Source: Eremomyces bilateralis CBS 781.70
Taxonomy: Eukaryota
Assembly (NCBI GenBank): GCA_010015585.1
Contig: ML975156.1
Direction: 5' to 3' (one strand)
DNA: 64,000 nucleotides
The notes under the pieces were generated by a model. The model did no database searches and was not told where the DNA came from. It saw only the letters and a list, made by a program, of their open reading frames with translations. Below, piece after piece: positions 1 to 12,368 of the stretch (positions are counted from its first letter, which is position 1; the number at the start of each line of letters is the position of its first letter). A program made the translations under genes and the position numbers.

Positions 1-802
1 AGGAGATTCGTTCAATTTTGACAGCGTTTTGGTTCGACATCTGTCTCGCCCATTCGGTGTTCCCCTCACTTTCACCGGTTGTGATCTGTGTGTGAATCGG
101 GATGCCCATTACCATAAGTAGCTTCGGGCGACGGATCAGTTTGATGCCGTCATCCCCAGCGATTCCAGTAGCGATGATCTGGTCCCGTCGGGTAGTGGTG
201 GGAACCACGACCGACACCTTACCGGCTGCCCGGTGGTGGGGGATGATCGCTTTCGCGTCTGGGATTACCTTCTTGATTCTCTGTAGTTTCTCTTCCGTCG
301 TCTCTTCTACGGCTCCTGCCATTTCAGAGAGGCGCACTTCAACGACCGCCTTGGTCTTTCCCCCTGCGGCGATCTCACTCCAGGTTCGTGTCTCGGTGGT
401 TGGGGCCGCGGCTGGGCGACCGCGGTCTTTCGCGATTCCAGCTTCAATACGTCCAAGACGCTCCAATATTTGACCCATCGCTGGGTCCCTGGCGGGTGTT
501 CCCGCCTGCGCCTTTTCCATACTCTTTCTCTGTGCCAGCTCCGGAATGAGCCGGAGAACGGGCGTTAGGTGAGCCTCAAGAACTCCACGGAGCGACCCCG
601 CCCCAGCCCATCCACGGCAGCTCTCCAACGCGAGTTTTATATGGTTTTCCATAATTTGGAGCATCCGCCCCTCATCCATCCGTCCATTTTGTTCTCCCAC
701 TCCGTTGCGGGTGTTGGGTCGTGGGTGGTCCGCCTGCTGGGGACGCGTCGGGGACGCGTCTTTGGCCTGCGGGCCTTTCCCCCTCATGCGCCCTCCAACC
801 AT
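1..802 (-). mobile_element. 5' part of a probable non-LTR (LINE/Tad1-like) retrotransposon ORF1, running off the window
   Basis: Manual translation from ATG at 802 is open to the window edge (267 codons; absent from the ORF track because there is no stop): MVGGRMRGKG...MGQILERLGRIEAGIAK...TRTWSEIAAGG...KLLMVMGIPI. A short coiled-coil followed by a 'TWSEIAA'-type motif resembles fungal LINE ORF1. Zinc knuckle and RT would lie outside the window, so the call is inference. Confidence 0.5.
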
Positions 803-1589
803 TATTTGAGAGGGCTGCAATAGTTGATTATAATTGAATGAAGTGTAAAGAATCGATTACGATCATAATCTCAGCTAATTTCCAAGTTGTGGGCTGTTTT
901 GCAGAAAAATGTTCAGCTCCATACGGTATAATATGTAGGAAAAGCAAACTTTTGACTTAAGTAAATATGAGCGTCAAGAATGAACCACCGAATCAGAATA
1001 CAGCCATAGGGTACCTCCTAATAGATTGTAGATTGAGGCCTTCTTCTTGTGATCAAGCTGTATCTGCCATTCATTGCGGGAGTTTAGAACTCACTCGGTC
1101 TTGAGAATTTATGAAAGGGACAAAGAGCAACACTTAACCTCCGAAGATAATGCATGCCGTAGTGAATAGGAAAAAGATAGCTGAATACTAAATGGACATA
1201 ATGACGAATTGTAGTTATCACAAAAGCTTCAGACTGAGAATTGGCTCCTTTAGGCTTAGAAGTCCTGCACGGTTTCGGTCCATTATTGATAAGAAAGGAA
1301 GATCCGAAGACTGCTTGAAAAGAGATGCAAGATGTTGACAACAAGTTGTTCTACAGAATGAGAGGTGATGTTTATGGCAGGCAAACCCCTCCACCCCACA
1401 CACTCCTCCGCCAGACTAAGACAGATCGAGTAATTCCATCCTCGATGTGACCCATGGATGCATTGCGGACGGTTGACTCAATAACCGGACTCTTTCCTGT
1501 TACTTTCATGTTGCTCTAGATTTTCTTGTCACTGTATAACCGGACTGTGATTTCAACATCATTTCCTTCGGGTAACTGCTCTGGACGAG

Positions 1590-2936
1590 ATGGAGTTGAG
1601 TAACCCCGCATGGGGCGTTGATCGTTGGTCATATATCCACATGCTCTCGCTATGTGGAATAGTATTACTTACCGGATGGACCATATATCTGGGATTGATG
1701 AGGAGGAACCGCAAGGTATGTTACAAGAGCGGACAAGTTGGTATATACTCTGCGTAATAATTGACATCATCTCCCAAGGCTCAGACTGCCCAGACCTTCG
1801 ACGATGACCCGAAGAATGCTGATCCATATTCTGACATTGAACCACTCGAAGACGTGGACTGGAAGGCTGGGGAAATCCTCCAGATGCGGCCTTTCAAACC
1901 CAAGTACCACTTGACAATGGGTAAGCCAATACACAGTCGGTGACTGGCTTGATGCTCGACTAACCTCAACCAAGCTCTGTCTCCATGCTCCTTATCTGAA
2001 TTGGTCAAGGTAGACTCGACATATATGGATCGGATCGAACTCCGACGATCCCTCATAAAGAACAATCGCGCGGACGTGATCGGTGTGAATCCGGTGGCTT
2101 CGCCTGCGATCCAAGAGCTGTACTCATGGCTTGTGGAAACCTATCTCCCGATGCGTTTCCCTTCCATGTACGCCGTTGAACACCGGGTTTCAGAGCCCAA
2201 CACCCTTCGTAACCGTGCGACGGGGGAAGTCATAAACCTAACCCCACCACCGACATCCGAGGAAGCCTTAGCCATTCTCGGGTCGCATATTGACATCGAC
2301 TTTCTGGTCCTCCTCCCATCAACGACCCATGCTCCGAGTGACGCACCACCCGAACCTCCCGGATCTTCAAAAACGCAAGAGCACGCTCCGTACATTCTCC
2401 ACGCCTTCATCACCTGCTTCCCTGCAGGATTTGCGACGGCTCAGAAGATTTCGAACACGCTCGCTGACATCCACATTCCGGTGCCGGGATACGATAAGAT
2501 CCGCAAAAGCATGGACCGTTTCTTCGCGACGTTGCCGGTGGGGAAGATTGTGCAGCGGGCAAATTGGAGCATTACGACGGGTGGGGAACTTTTCGTCATG
2601 GCTGGCAGCCATATGAGCGAAGAGGAATACGCGTTGAATAAGGAGGAGAAGGAAGCGGTGAAGGAGATGGCCGTGGAGGAGGTGGAGGAGAACAAGAAGA
2701 ATATCTGGGTCAGATGCGAGAGACAGACTCTCCATCGCTTGCCAAAGACGAAAGCACTTGTGTTTGGTGTCAAGACGTATGTGTATCCCATCGAGGATAT
2801 AAAAGCGGAAGGCAACGCCGAAGTGCTCGCAGAGGCCATTGAAGGCCTCGGGAAGGGCAACGTAGAGAATATGCGGGTGTATAAGAGAAGTGTCGTATGG
2901 GGACCTGCGGTGTGCGAGTGGCTGAGGAAGCCATAA
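1590..2936 (+). CDS. DUF3445 / heme-dependent oxidative N-demethylase alpha-subunit-like protein with N-terminal TM helix
   Basis: Exons 1590-1715, 1779-1920 and 1975-2936 join in frame through GT-AG introns. Motifs RPFKPKYHLTM, CFPAGF, HIPVPGY, QRANWSI, RCERQTLHRLPKT. Confidence 0.85.
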
Positions 2937-3015
2937 GTTGAGAACGCCCCAGTAGCCGTATATCCTCTCTGAGATAGGTCAAATCCAGCCTTTTATCCAC
3001 GTGCATGGGTCCGAT

Positions 3016-3912
3016 TCATTCATCCACCCCAACTTTAGCATGTCGGAAGTATTTCATTCCCACCCACGCAACAATGACCCACACCCACGCCATCACGGAG
3101 CTCAAGATCAGCAGCGCAGGATAGTACCCGACAATCGGCAGCGTCGGATCGTCTTCCAGCTCCGGCGGTGCATACGGTGTCTCCCCAACATCCCATGCCC
3201 ACGACCACACCCCTAGGCAGGAGCCCATGCCGACGATGAATACCACCCAAGTAAGAATGAGAATCACCCAGCCCCACGTCGCCGTCTCGGCGTAGTCCCA
3301 TTCTTCGAAGGGGTATTCGTCCGCAGAGGGGTGTACATGCGCGAGTGGATGCGCTTTAGGCGGGCTGTGGTGGGTCGACCTGGCACTCCGTTTGCGTTGG
3401 AGTGAATTCGGGGGGTGCAATGAGACCGAGGATGAGGAATCATCATCATCGGTTGTGGAGGCGTATCTCAAGCGTGAAACGACTTGGGGAATCGCGAGCG
3501 GGTTTAGCTCAGAATGCAAATTTTGCGACGGAGGTTCAGTAGGAGATGTCAGTGTTGGGTTTGGATTCTGATCGGATGGTTCTGAAGTGCAGTCGTTTGA
3601 GGAGGACGTGGGGGAATCCACAGGAATGGCGGCATTCGTGCCGTCGTCCAGAGAATGCAGGACGGGTTCTGGCCTCTCTATTCTTTTCTCCTCTGCTGGG
3701 CCGCTAGAACATTCTTCTTCCACATCCAAGCTCTTTTCAAGTTCGGGTAATCTATGTGGAGAATTACTCTTGGACCGCAGACGTCCGGGTCCTAGTAGTG
3801 CGGTCTTTCGGAGTGATCCTTTCCTCTTCCGCCCTTTCACTGTATACAACGAATTGTTCTTGACCTCACCATCTTCGGATGGACCGTTCTTTTTCTGCGA
3901 TTCCGACGGCAT
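3016..3912 (-). CDS. PIG-Y/Eri1-like GPI-GlcNAc transferase subunit with long disordered N-terminus
   Basis: 298-aa ORF. C-terminal two-TM module WGWVILILTW...LPIVGYYPALLIL...AWVGMKYFRHA resembles PIG-Y family C-termini. Confidence 0.7.
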   Translation of the reverse strand: MPSESQKKNGPSEDGEVKNNSLYTVKGRKRKGSLRKTALLGPGRLRSKSNSPHRLPELEKSLDVEEECSSGPAEEKRIERPEPVLHSLDDGTNAAIPVDSPTSSSNDCTSEPSDQNPNPTLTSPTEPPSQNLHSELNPLAIPQVVSRLRYASTTDDDDSSSSVSLHPPNSLQRKRSARSTHHSPPKAHPLAHVHPSADEYPFEEWDYAETATWGWVILILTWVVFIVGMGSCLGVWSWAWDVGETPYAPPELEDDPTLPIVGYYPALLILSSVMAWVWVIVAWVGMKYFRHAKVGVDE

Positions 3913-5226
3913 AGTTAAAGTCGCGTTATCGATCTAGGGAGATGATCCAGAGGAGGTATTGAGGATCTTAGTTGTTGCCATATCCAGCAGGCTCCGTTTC
4001 CAGCACCGAGTACAGATATTCATTGTCCTATAGCATCACTGTTTCTCAAGGCTGACCCTGTCCCATTGCATTTTATGAACGGTTTCCACTGTACACGAGA
4101 ATGCTGCTCCTCTTCGGCAACTAAAGTCGGACGTTGTCTGGAAGTTCCAAGATAAATAAATATTATTTCATGACGGGCTTGGGGACACGATTCAACTCTT
4201 GATCCAGATTCTAGATTCTAGAATGTGTTATTGCCTAATGTGTTATTGCCTGATGGCCTTGTGGCCTCGCCGATCTGATGTGAGGACTGGGAGGCCTCCA
4301 GCATATCCCAGACACTCCATGTCGTTGAGATACTTCTATTCCATGGTGTACGTTATCAATTTACCATTTCTTCTGTACCTTTGCAATTGCACACTTACAC
4401 CATTGAGACCTCTCCAGTGATTAGGCGTTTCACCTAGTCTTAGCAAGAAACATAGATATGCTATGACAGAAACCCTCAGGGAACTATTGCAAGATCCGTG
4501 GTTGGTGGACTAGACGGAGTTTGCTTTGTGCATTTTTTCGCAACAGGCGATATTCCTAGTAGAGTCGAGATACCCGGGCCACGAAGCGATTGATGGTTTC
4601 CTCCGCTGTTTCGAGAGACCTTTATCTAACAGCCACTGCATAGAGACGGGCGGGGACAGCTGACCAGGCGTGGATATTGAAATGTCCATTCTTTAGATTT
4701 CACCAATGTTCAGATATAAGCATCTTCAATTGTAGACACCCTCCATGTGATTTGAATCATCTCCCCTCTCTTGGTGCATCTCCTTGGTTTGTGCTTTTTG
4801 ATTAATTTCAGATACCGGTCTCTTATCTGAACCCATGAATTCTCTTTGTAGGCGACCTTGCCATCACCTGATATTCCGTCGTTCCATTGAGTTTGCGGGT
4901 ACGCAGCTTCGTTACACTCAAATGAAATCTCCTGTATTTGACGTCAAACTTTTGAGCGACATGGAGAAGAACAAGCTCGCCAAGCGCGAACGAAATGATC
5001 CCCTGGCGAACTCATGAACCCCTTTCTGTCACCCTCTGGAGGCCCCACGTGCGGCCCCTGTGTAAGGCATCGCCATGGCGCCGCGGCCTAAATAGATCTG
5101 CCGCTCCATGTTCCAGAACCTCATCTGCACTGTGATATATTCTTCGCCACCTGGGCATTTTATCTATCCATTGCTATGAGCTATCGTTAATCTCATCACC
5201 TACAGAGGCAATTAGTCGCCGATTCC

Positions 5227-6786
5227 ATGGCTTCTGTCTCCACCATGCCTCTCCCAATCCCTCCGCGAACCCCGACTCCTCCCCCTGATGACGGGACCGA
5301 CCCTCACTTTGAACCCTACATTACCCCAGCTGAATTCAATCCCGACGCTCTATCCCCATTGTCGGGTGCCTTTCCATCCCAGAAATATGGCTCTCTTACA
5401 GCTGCAAGCTCGAGTGTGGCTCCATCGCCCCGGAGCCCACTTACTCCGGCGACGGGGAACTCATTGTACACGCCATTGGCGGTGCCGAACGACAATGAGG
5501 GTCTGAAGAGCGGGACGAGTGATAGCTTCAAGAATCCATTCAACTTCCAGACGGTTCAATATACCGCTGGAAGAGCAGCGCCGCCCAATGCAGCGAAGTC
5601 GGTACGTTCTTCGAGCGTCGGTAGAACCTTGATGTCCCGCACGCTAACCATATAGTCTCTACAGGACCTTGGACGACGTCGCGGACACAAATACAAGCAC
5701 TCCTCTGTCTCCCATCAGATCATCCTCGAGCCTCCTCCCAACCGGACACCTCTCCAGATCCCCACATCCTTACCGATCCCTACCATGGCCGAGTTCCGCC
5801 ACAGCATGTCCCTTGACCAACGAACGCGCCTTGTCTGGTGCTGCTGTCATCTTGCCGTCGCCGGATATGTACAATGGACGTCCAAAGGAAGCCTTGCCAC
5901 AACCGCGCTCTCGCATCTTCTGTTCTTCGACGCCCTGGGCGCGTTCCTCTGTGTCGCTGTGGACGTTGCCCGGGGGTTTGATGTCTGGGGACGTAGCTCG
6001 GTGGCCCACCCGTTCGGACTGTCCAGACTCGAAATCTTGACATCGCTTGCCATGTCTGTTGGACTGCTCTTCATGGGCATCGACATCATTTCTCACTCAT
6101 TGACGCATTCCCTGGAGGCTGTCGGTCCCCATGAGCCACATACTGATAACCATGGCTCGGGCCATCTCCGTGTCCCGGCTTACTCCATCGATTTTGCCGC
6201 CGTGGCCGCAATTGCCGCAAGCCTCGTCTCGGCGACACTGCTGAAGAACCACGCCAGAATCGGTCGAACAGTGAAATCCTCCACCTTGTTCTCCGCCCTC
6301 CCTTTCACGCTTCCTTCCATCCTCGCAAACCCATCTCACCTTCTCACGCTCTCCTGCGCCGCCCTGCTGCTCATTCTCCCTCTCCTCGGCCTCCCAATCA
6401 CACCATTCGCCGACGCAGCCCTGGCCGTCCTCACCGCGGCGAGCATGATGACCCTCGGTGGACGCCTCTGCGTGGCGCTGGGTCGGATCCTACTCATGTC
6501 CTGCCCTGGCGCTGGCGGCGCCAATGCCGTGCACGAAGTAGTTGAAGCGATCCGACGAGACGACGCTGTCCGAGATGTGGAAGATGCGAGGTTCTGGCAG
6601 GTACACTACGAACTGTCCATGGCGAATCTGAAGGTCGCGGTGGAGGGGAGAAGGAAAGATGAGGTTCCGCGGTTGAGGGAGAGGGTGGTGAGCTTGGTTC
6701 GGAATCGATTGGGAGGGGGATATGGAGGGGGGAAAGGGGCTATCAAGTGGGAGGTGAGCGTCCAGGTGAAATTGGTTAGTGACTGA
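5227..6786 (+). CDS. ZRG17: Cation diffusion facilitator zinc transporter, Zrg17-like
   Basis: Exons 5227-5601 and 5665-6786. Motifs GRRRGHKYKHSSVSHQI, SHLLFFDALG, HPFGLSRLE, His-rich loop, RFWQVHY. Confidence 0.8.
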
Positions 6787-7213
6787 ACACGATACCCCTA
6801 TGACGAGAGGAGGGTTTGGCGTTATGACTTATTATGATTTCTTGCATGATGGACTGGACTGGCTGGCATTGTTTTCCTGTATCTACCTACTATTCTAGAT
6901 ATACAATACTGTATTCATACTTGTGATATATACATGGCTGCCCGATATCGTGAACATCAAGCAGAAGCACATGTCTGTGCACGTGATTCTCGGCTCGACT
7001 TGCCAACTCTCTCGGCTCGAATGTTTCAAACGTCATTTGAGCCGAAGCCTCTAAAGTCCAAACGGCTTGACATGACAATTGACAGCAGATTCGCGTGGAT
7101 TTACGGCTCCAAACTATTCGCATAAACATATACCTGACTTAATTACCTTAGATCTGTCTCTATTCTTGACCCTAACTTTTCTCTATCTCCTATGACCGAC
7201 AAACCCATTGGTT

Positions 7214-8956
7214 ATGGCCTCCCTACCACCGCGACAGCGACGCTCCTCTCCATCTAGCCAGCAAACACCGAATATCGAATCGCCCGACGCTGGACCAATC
7301 CATACGTCACAGTCCACCGCCTCCATACAGTCCGCCGATTCCCAAACCCTATTACCTGGGTCGCAACCCAACCTTGAAGATAACCCCACTTCAAAACCGA
7401 CCGAAATGTCCACATCACAACCGCCACCGGCTTCGACATCGGATGAGCCCGCAGACGATTCCGAGGCTCGTCGATGCTGGATCTGCTTCTCCGATGAGAC
7501 CGAAGATCCACAGCCCACTACGTGGCGGACGCCTTGCCCATGCGCGCTCGCCGCTCACGAATCATGTCTGCTGGACTGGATAGCCGACATGGAGTCCCCC
7601 AGCTCCAACCGACAAGCAGGGCAAAGTCCGGAGCTGAAATGTCCACAGTGCAAGAGCCCGATCATAGTTACAAGGCCGACGAGCGTAATCGTCCAGGCGG
7701 TGCGGGCGATGGAATATGCGGTCAGCTTCATGATGCTCCCCGGCCTTGCGGTGGTCGTGGCCTATCCGATCTACCAGGGCATGCTCGGACATGGCGAATG
7801 GACGATCAGGACAGTCTTTGGGCGGGAAGACGCGGAGCGGATACTCGCTCCCATACACATGGCTGTCGAGCAACGGGTGGCTCTATTCCACAACGCGGAG
7901 GGCTGGGGTGACGAGCTGGCGATTGCGATGGGCCACTGGGCCACGAACTGGCATCTGAACATCGGGCTTCCGCTAATCCCCGTATTCCTGACCCTGAACC
8001 GAACCTCCGCGCTCGACAACTACCTCCCGCTCGTCCCGATGCTGTTCTTCGCAAGCGGAGCAACATCGCTCTCCAACCCCAAGGTCACGGACCTGTGGCC
8101 GCCCAGCGCGTCCGCCTCGTTCGCGATCCTTCCCTACATCCGCGCCGCATACAACGGCCTCTACCACCACTTCTTCGCCTCGTACGAGAAGCAGTGGCTC
8201 AAAGAGATCCAACCGCGCCACGGCACCAACGAGAACGGCCAAAACAACGACGACAACGACGACGCCGCACCCGGCGTCGGCATCGAGATGGAGATGATCC
8301 TCGAGGACTCCGACGGCGACACCGACGACGAGATGCCGCCATTAGTTGAACCCGCACCACCGAATCAAAACCAACCACACACGATAATCGTCCCCCCAGA
8401 CACGCAACCCCCCCACACTCCTCCCGTCGACCAACCCACTCCTCCTCACGGTCCCCCGCAAAACGGCCCCGACCCCAACGGTGGCGCCCCCGCCCCAAAC
8501 ATCCCTGTCCCCCCCCAGGCCCCTCCCGGCGCCCAACCAGCACCCAACCGCCGCGAAGACCGCGGGGGGCAACTCCTCCTCCGCACGACGTGGGCTGACA
8601 CGCTCTTCGGGGCGCTCCTGTTCCCCGCGATCGCCTCGGGGGTAGGGGAGCTCCTCAAGCACGCGCTGCCGGCGTCATGGGTGATGGCGCCGACGCTGAG
8701 CGCGCGATTCGGTAAGCTCGCGGGACCGACGGTGGTGTCGTGGATGGATAAGCTGACGGGCGCAGCGAAACCGACGGGGGTGCTGCAGATGCGGTGGGGG
8801 CGGACGTTGGTTGGGGGGTGCGTGTTTGTGGTGTTGAAGGATGCATTGATGTTGTATGTGCGGTGGCGGATGGCGAGGGATCATCGGATGAGGAGGATTG
8901 TGGATTTCGAGGGGAGTAAGGGGAGAAGGAAGGAGGGGAAGAAGGCGGCGAGGTGA
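7214..8956 (+). CDS. RING-CH (RINGv) membrane E3 ubiquitin ligase, MARCH5-like
   Basis: CWIC...PCPCALAAHESCLLDW...CPQC RINGv motif, several hydrophobic helices, C-terminal 'TLVGGCVFVVLKDA' helix. Confidence 0.8.
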   Translation: MASLPPRQRRSSPSSQQTPNIESPDAGPIHTSQSTASIQSADSQTLLPGSQPNLEDNPTSKPTEMSTSQPPPASTSDEPADDSEARRCWICFSDETEDPQPTTWRTPCPCALAAHESCLLDWIADMESPSSNRQAGQSPELKCPQCKSPIIVTRPTSVIVQAVRAMEYAVSFMMLPGLAVVVAYPIYQGMLGHGEWTIRTVFGREDAERILAPIHMAVEQRVALFHNAEGWGDELAIAMGHWATNWHLNIGLPLIPVFLTLNRTSALDNYLPLVPMLFFASGATSLSNPKVTDLWPPSASASFAILPYIRAAYNGLYHHFFASYEKQWLKEIQPRHGTNENGQNNDDNDDAAPGVGIEMEMILEDSDGDTDDEMPPLVEPAPPNQNQPHTIIVPPDTQPPHTPPVDQPTPPHGPPQNGPDPNGGAPAPNIPVPPQAPPGAQPAPNRREDRGGQLLLRTTWADTLFGALLFPAIASGVGELLKHALPASWVMAPTLSARFGKLAGPTVVSWMDKLTGAAKPTGVLQMRWGRTLVGGCVFVVLKDALMLYVRWRMARDHRMRRIVDFEGSKGRRKEGKKAAR

Positions 8957-9558
8957 TTTTGGCGCGCTGCTGTACTAATAGAGGGACCTTCTGCGATTAA
9001 CACGACTTCCGGGATGGATTAGGAGTCGTTTATCCGGTCTTGGTTCTTGTTCCGCGGATTGCGCGGCGCTGGATTAGACATGGGATTTGGTTGTTCACGA
9101 TAACGATACCAAGAAGATTAGATATATTGAATTACTCCTTCTCGGCTGACTCGATCCGCAAGGTTTTAGAAGCGTTGGGAGCCAATCTCATAGTAGGTTG
9201 AGATCGAACGCTGGATGGGGTTCTCTGCCTTTCAGCCGTCCAATGAATATTCCAGCGAGGGCTCGACTGTAACAGAAACGGATATCCTCCCATCACACGT
9301 AGCCTGATGCTAGATAGGAGTTATGATACCATCTTAGACCAGTTAATACAGGTTTGCCAGATGTACGGACGCACATGCTTGTGGTACGTTGCAACTCCCT
9401 GACGCAGAAGCACACTGGATTAAGCCCATGCCTCCGTGTCTCCCTGTCTTCTAGCTTCTCCCCAGCGCTCACCGAGCGCTCGCTAGCACCTTCAAGCCCC
9501 GCCTCTTCCTCAACCAAACCCATCCCATATATATAAGCCCCGTCGTCTCCTCCCCATC

Positions 9559-10520
9559 TCATCCCTCCTCCACACCACCCTCCCGCCTCCCCATCTCCAC
9601 CACAATCTCCTCCCTCGTCAACGGTACCCTCCGCTCCCCCCACCTCTCCCTCTCCCCCTCCACCCACCCCTTAAAACTCACCATCGCTACCACCAAAAAA
9701 CCCAACTCCTCCCTCTCCACATCAAACACCTCCCACCATTCGCACTCCGGCAACCTAACCCCCACCTCCTTCGCCGCCAGGTAGATCGCCGCCGTCGCCA
9801 GCGCGCTCGGCTGCTGCGTGAGGTACAGCGACTGGGGGTTGAACAAACAGGAGTTGAGGTGCTTGAACGCGCGTTTCGCGACGGCGGCGCCTTGCGGGGA
9901 GAATCCGGTGAGCACGGAGAGGGATTGTAGGTAGGTGAGTGCGAGCGCGTGCGGGAGAGCGACGTGCAAGTGGTGGCCGAGGGTGGTGAGGAGCTTGGAT
10001 TCGGCGGAGAAGAGGGCAAGGCGGCGGCGTTGGAGGTCACCTTCGGTGAGGTGGTAGGTGGATGGGTCGGGGGCGCTGGGGAGGTTGCGGGGGGTGAGGA
10101 AGAGGGAGGGGAGGGTGGAGAGGTACGCGTAGACGGTGAGGATGCTGCGAGGGGAGAGGGGGGATAGGGAGCCTTTGGTTGTGAGGTAGAGAGATGCGGC
10201 GGATATATCCTAGGATCGGTTAGTATTATTTTGATCGCAATCCATTGGGATATGCTCACTTTCGCTCCGTGTATATCAAGAAGACTACCCCCTTCGGCCC
10301 CGACCCAGTACCGCGTGAAGATCACAATCGCTTGGGTTATAATCTCCTGCGGGAGACGAAGTAGTATCCCCGCATATTGAATGAGTTTCTGACCTGCGTG
10401 AATGATTGATCTCTCGAGATCTGCTGGAACGCCATCGAGTTGGGATGATGAGATTGATAGCTGCTCAGGGGTTGCGAGCGGGTTTGCGAGGAGGCTGTTC
10501 TTCACCTCCAAGGCTGCCAT
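9559..10520 (-). CDS. Cyclin L-like transcriptional cyclin
   Basis: Intron 10210-10259 joins NPLATPEQL...AGILLRLPQ to DISAASLYL...HVALPHAL...CEWWEVFDV, giving cyclin-box motifs. Confidence 0.85.
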
Positions 10521-11369
10521 TGAGTTTACTGTGGCTGTTTATGTCCCTGGCCTATTTGGATAACTTTATGGTCTCATTTGAAATGATTGATGGCAACAAC
10601 ACAAGATTTGAGATGAACTGGAGTTTTAAGATCTCAGGCTTGGATTGTATTTGATAATTGTTGATGGACGTCATGGTTGAGGTCAAATCTGATTGATAGA
10701 GTAACGCTTTTGTGCCTGAGGCACCGGTGTGGTTTTACTGCGTATCATGATCACGATTCTCACGACAATATAAATATCGATGCACTCGGTTCTATTTCGA
10801 GAAAATACCAGGCGATACAGTAGCCAGGGCATTATTTCTTAAGGTGCTGTGATGGTAGTCACATGGATGACAAGTCAGTTCGATTAAGATCATATATTCA
10901 TTTATAACCATCTGACTGATCCTTAACCATCGAACTTTGATATCAATCCCATCTGACTCTCATCGTCCGATATGGTAACCGACTGCGATGACCCGACCCT
11001 GTCCCAGAAGCGCTATTCTCTGCTGCACTCCCCGTTGATGCCGCTACCACGGCGTGAGCCAGTTCGCAGGTGAACACCTGCCCTGTTGGATATCATTGTT
11101 TGGTATAAAAACCACTTTTGCCAAACCCGTGAAGTAGAGATGTCCCGAGACCCGAAAATAAAAGAAGCCCCATTACTCTCGAGAGCGCCGCGCGGACACT
11201 CGACCGAACGAGTCGGGGCGGGAGAGTGGAGTTGTTCGAGTTCGAAGAGGGGATGACAAGCCTGTCATGTCCGTGTCCTATAGCTCCGTCCTGTGTTGTT
11301 TCGCATACACTCCAAAAACCCACAGCAATTGCACCGATTTTCCCACAGCGAGCATGAGACACCGCCCGC

Positions 11370-12368
11370 TCACTTAAACAACCCAATCGACAGCTTCCTT
11401 CCCTTCCTCACCGCCTCCTTCAAACTCCGCTTCCGCCCTCCATATCCGTATCCTTTCTCTTTGTGTTTCTCTCCCAAACTCGCTGGAAGCCCTAATCCCA
11501 CCACACTATCCCTCCTCGACCAACCCCCCTTCGCCGAAATTGCAGGACCTGACGCCTCGCCTGCCTCACTCCCCCTATCCTCCTCCCCAGCTCCCTGCCC
11601 CGCACTAGTCGCCGAGCTCGCCGGGCTGCCCGCGCTCGCGCCCGATGCACTCGTCGCGTAGCTCCCACGGCGGTGCGCGAGCATCTCCAGGTTGTCCCCG
11701 GGGGTGACAGTGGCGGACGAGTCAGGACGGGATGCGGAGCCCGGGGAGCCGCCGCCGCTGAGGATTCCGCGGTTCGGGGAGAAGTAGGTGTCGATGCGGG
11801 CGAGGGCGGCTTGGTTGCGGATGGAGGTGGAGGTGGCGATGGGGCAGTAGTTCGCGGGGTGAGGGGGGTAGGGGGCACCGGCGGGGATGGTGGGGGTGGT
11901 GAAGGTGAGGGAGGAGACAGAGCCGGAGGGAGAGTAGCGTGGGGTGGAGAAGGTACCGGAAGAGAGGGGTGGGGAGGGTGTGTGGTTGGAGTAGAATGAT
12001 GGAGGTGGAGCACCGCCACAGGTGAGCGCGTCGACGTAGCTGTCGCTGCGCTTCATCGCGTTGGATAGGGAGGCGCTGCGCGTGGCGCGACGCGTGTCGG
12101 CAAGGCTGGAGGAACGCGACACGCGGGTGGTGAGGCCGAGAGAGGTCTCGGTGATGAGGCGGTAGGTGGTGTAGTCGACTGCGCATGAGTTGCCGGATGG
12201 ATCGACCGAGATGCAGAAGGGGCAGGATGCCGATCGACTCTCCCAGCCGGAGAGGGCGAGCTTCATGGGGCAGTTGAGGAGGTTGTGGCCCGGAGTGCAG
12301 GGTCGGAGGAGGCGGTAGTATCGGTGCTTGCAGGGCAGCGTGGAGAGATGCAGGTCCGCGAGGCACAT
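11370..12368 (-). CDS. Hypothetical protein, N-terminal Cys/His cluster and Ser/Pro-rich tail
   Basis: 332-aa ORF starting MC...PCKHRYYRLLRPC...NC...CPFC; shows the same codon-composition pattern as the neighbouring genes. Confidence 0.7.
   Translation of the reverse strand: MCLADLHLSTLPCKHRYYRLLRPCTPGHNLLNCPMKLALSGWESRSASCPFCISVDPSGNSCAVDYTTYRLITETSLGLTTRVSRSSSLADTRRATRSASLSNAMKRSDSYVDALTCGGAPPPSFYSNHTPSPPLSSGTFSTPRYSPSGSVSSLTFTTPTIPAGAPYPPHPANYCPIATSTSIRNQAALARIDTYFSPNRGILSGGGSPGSASRPDSSATVTPGDNLEMLAHRRGSYATSASGASAGSPASSATSAGQGAGEEDRGSEAGEASGPAISAKGGWSRRDSVVGLGLPASLGEKHKEKGYGYGGRKRSLKEAVRKGRKLSIGLFK

Noticed and set aside
10862..10919. C/D box snoRNA-like motifs (GGATGA...CTGA)
   Set aside because: Non-canonical C box, no terminal stem and no recognisable rRNA guide.
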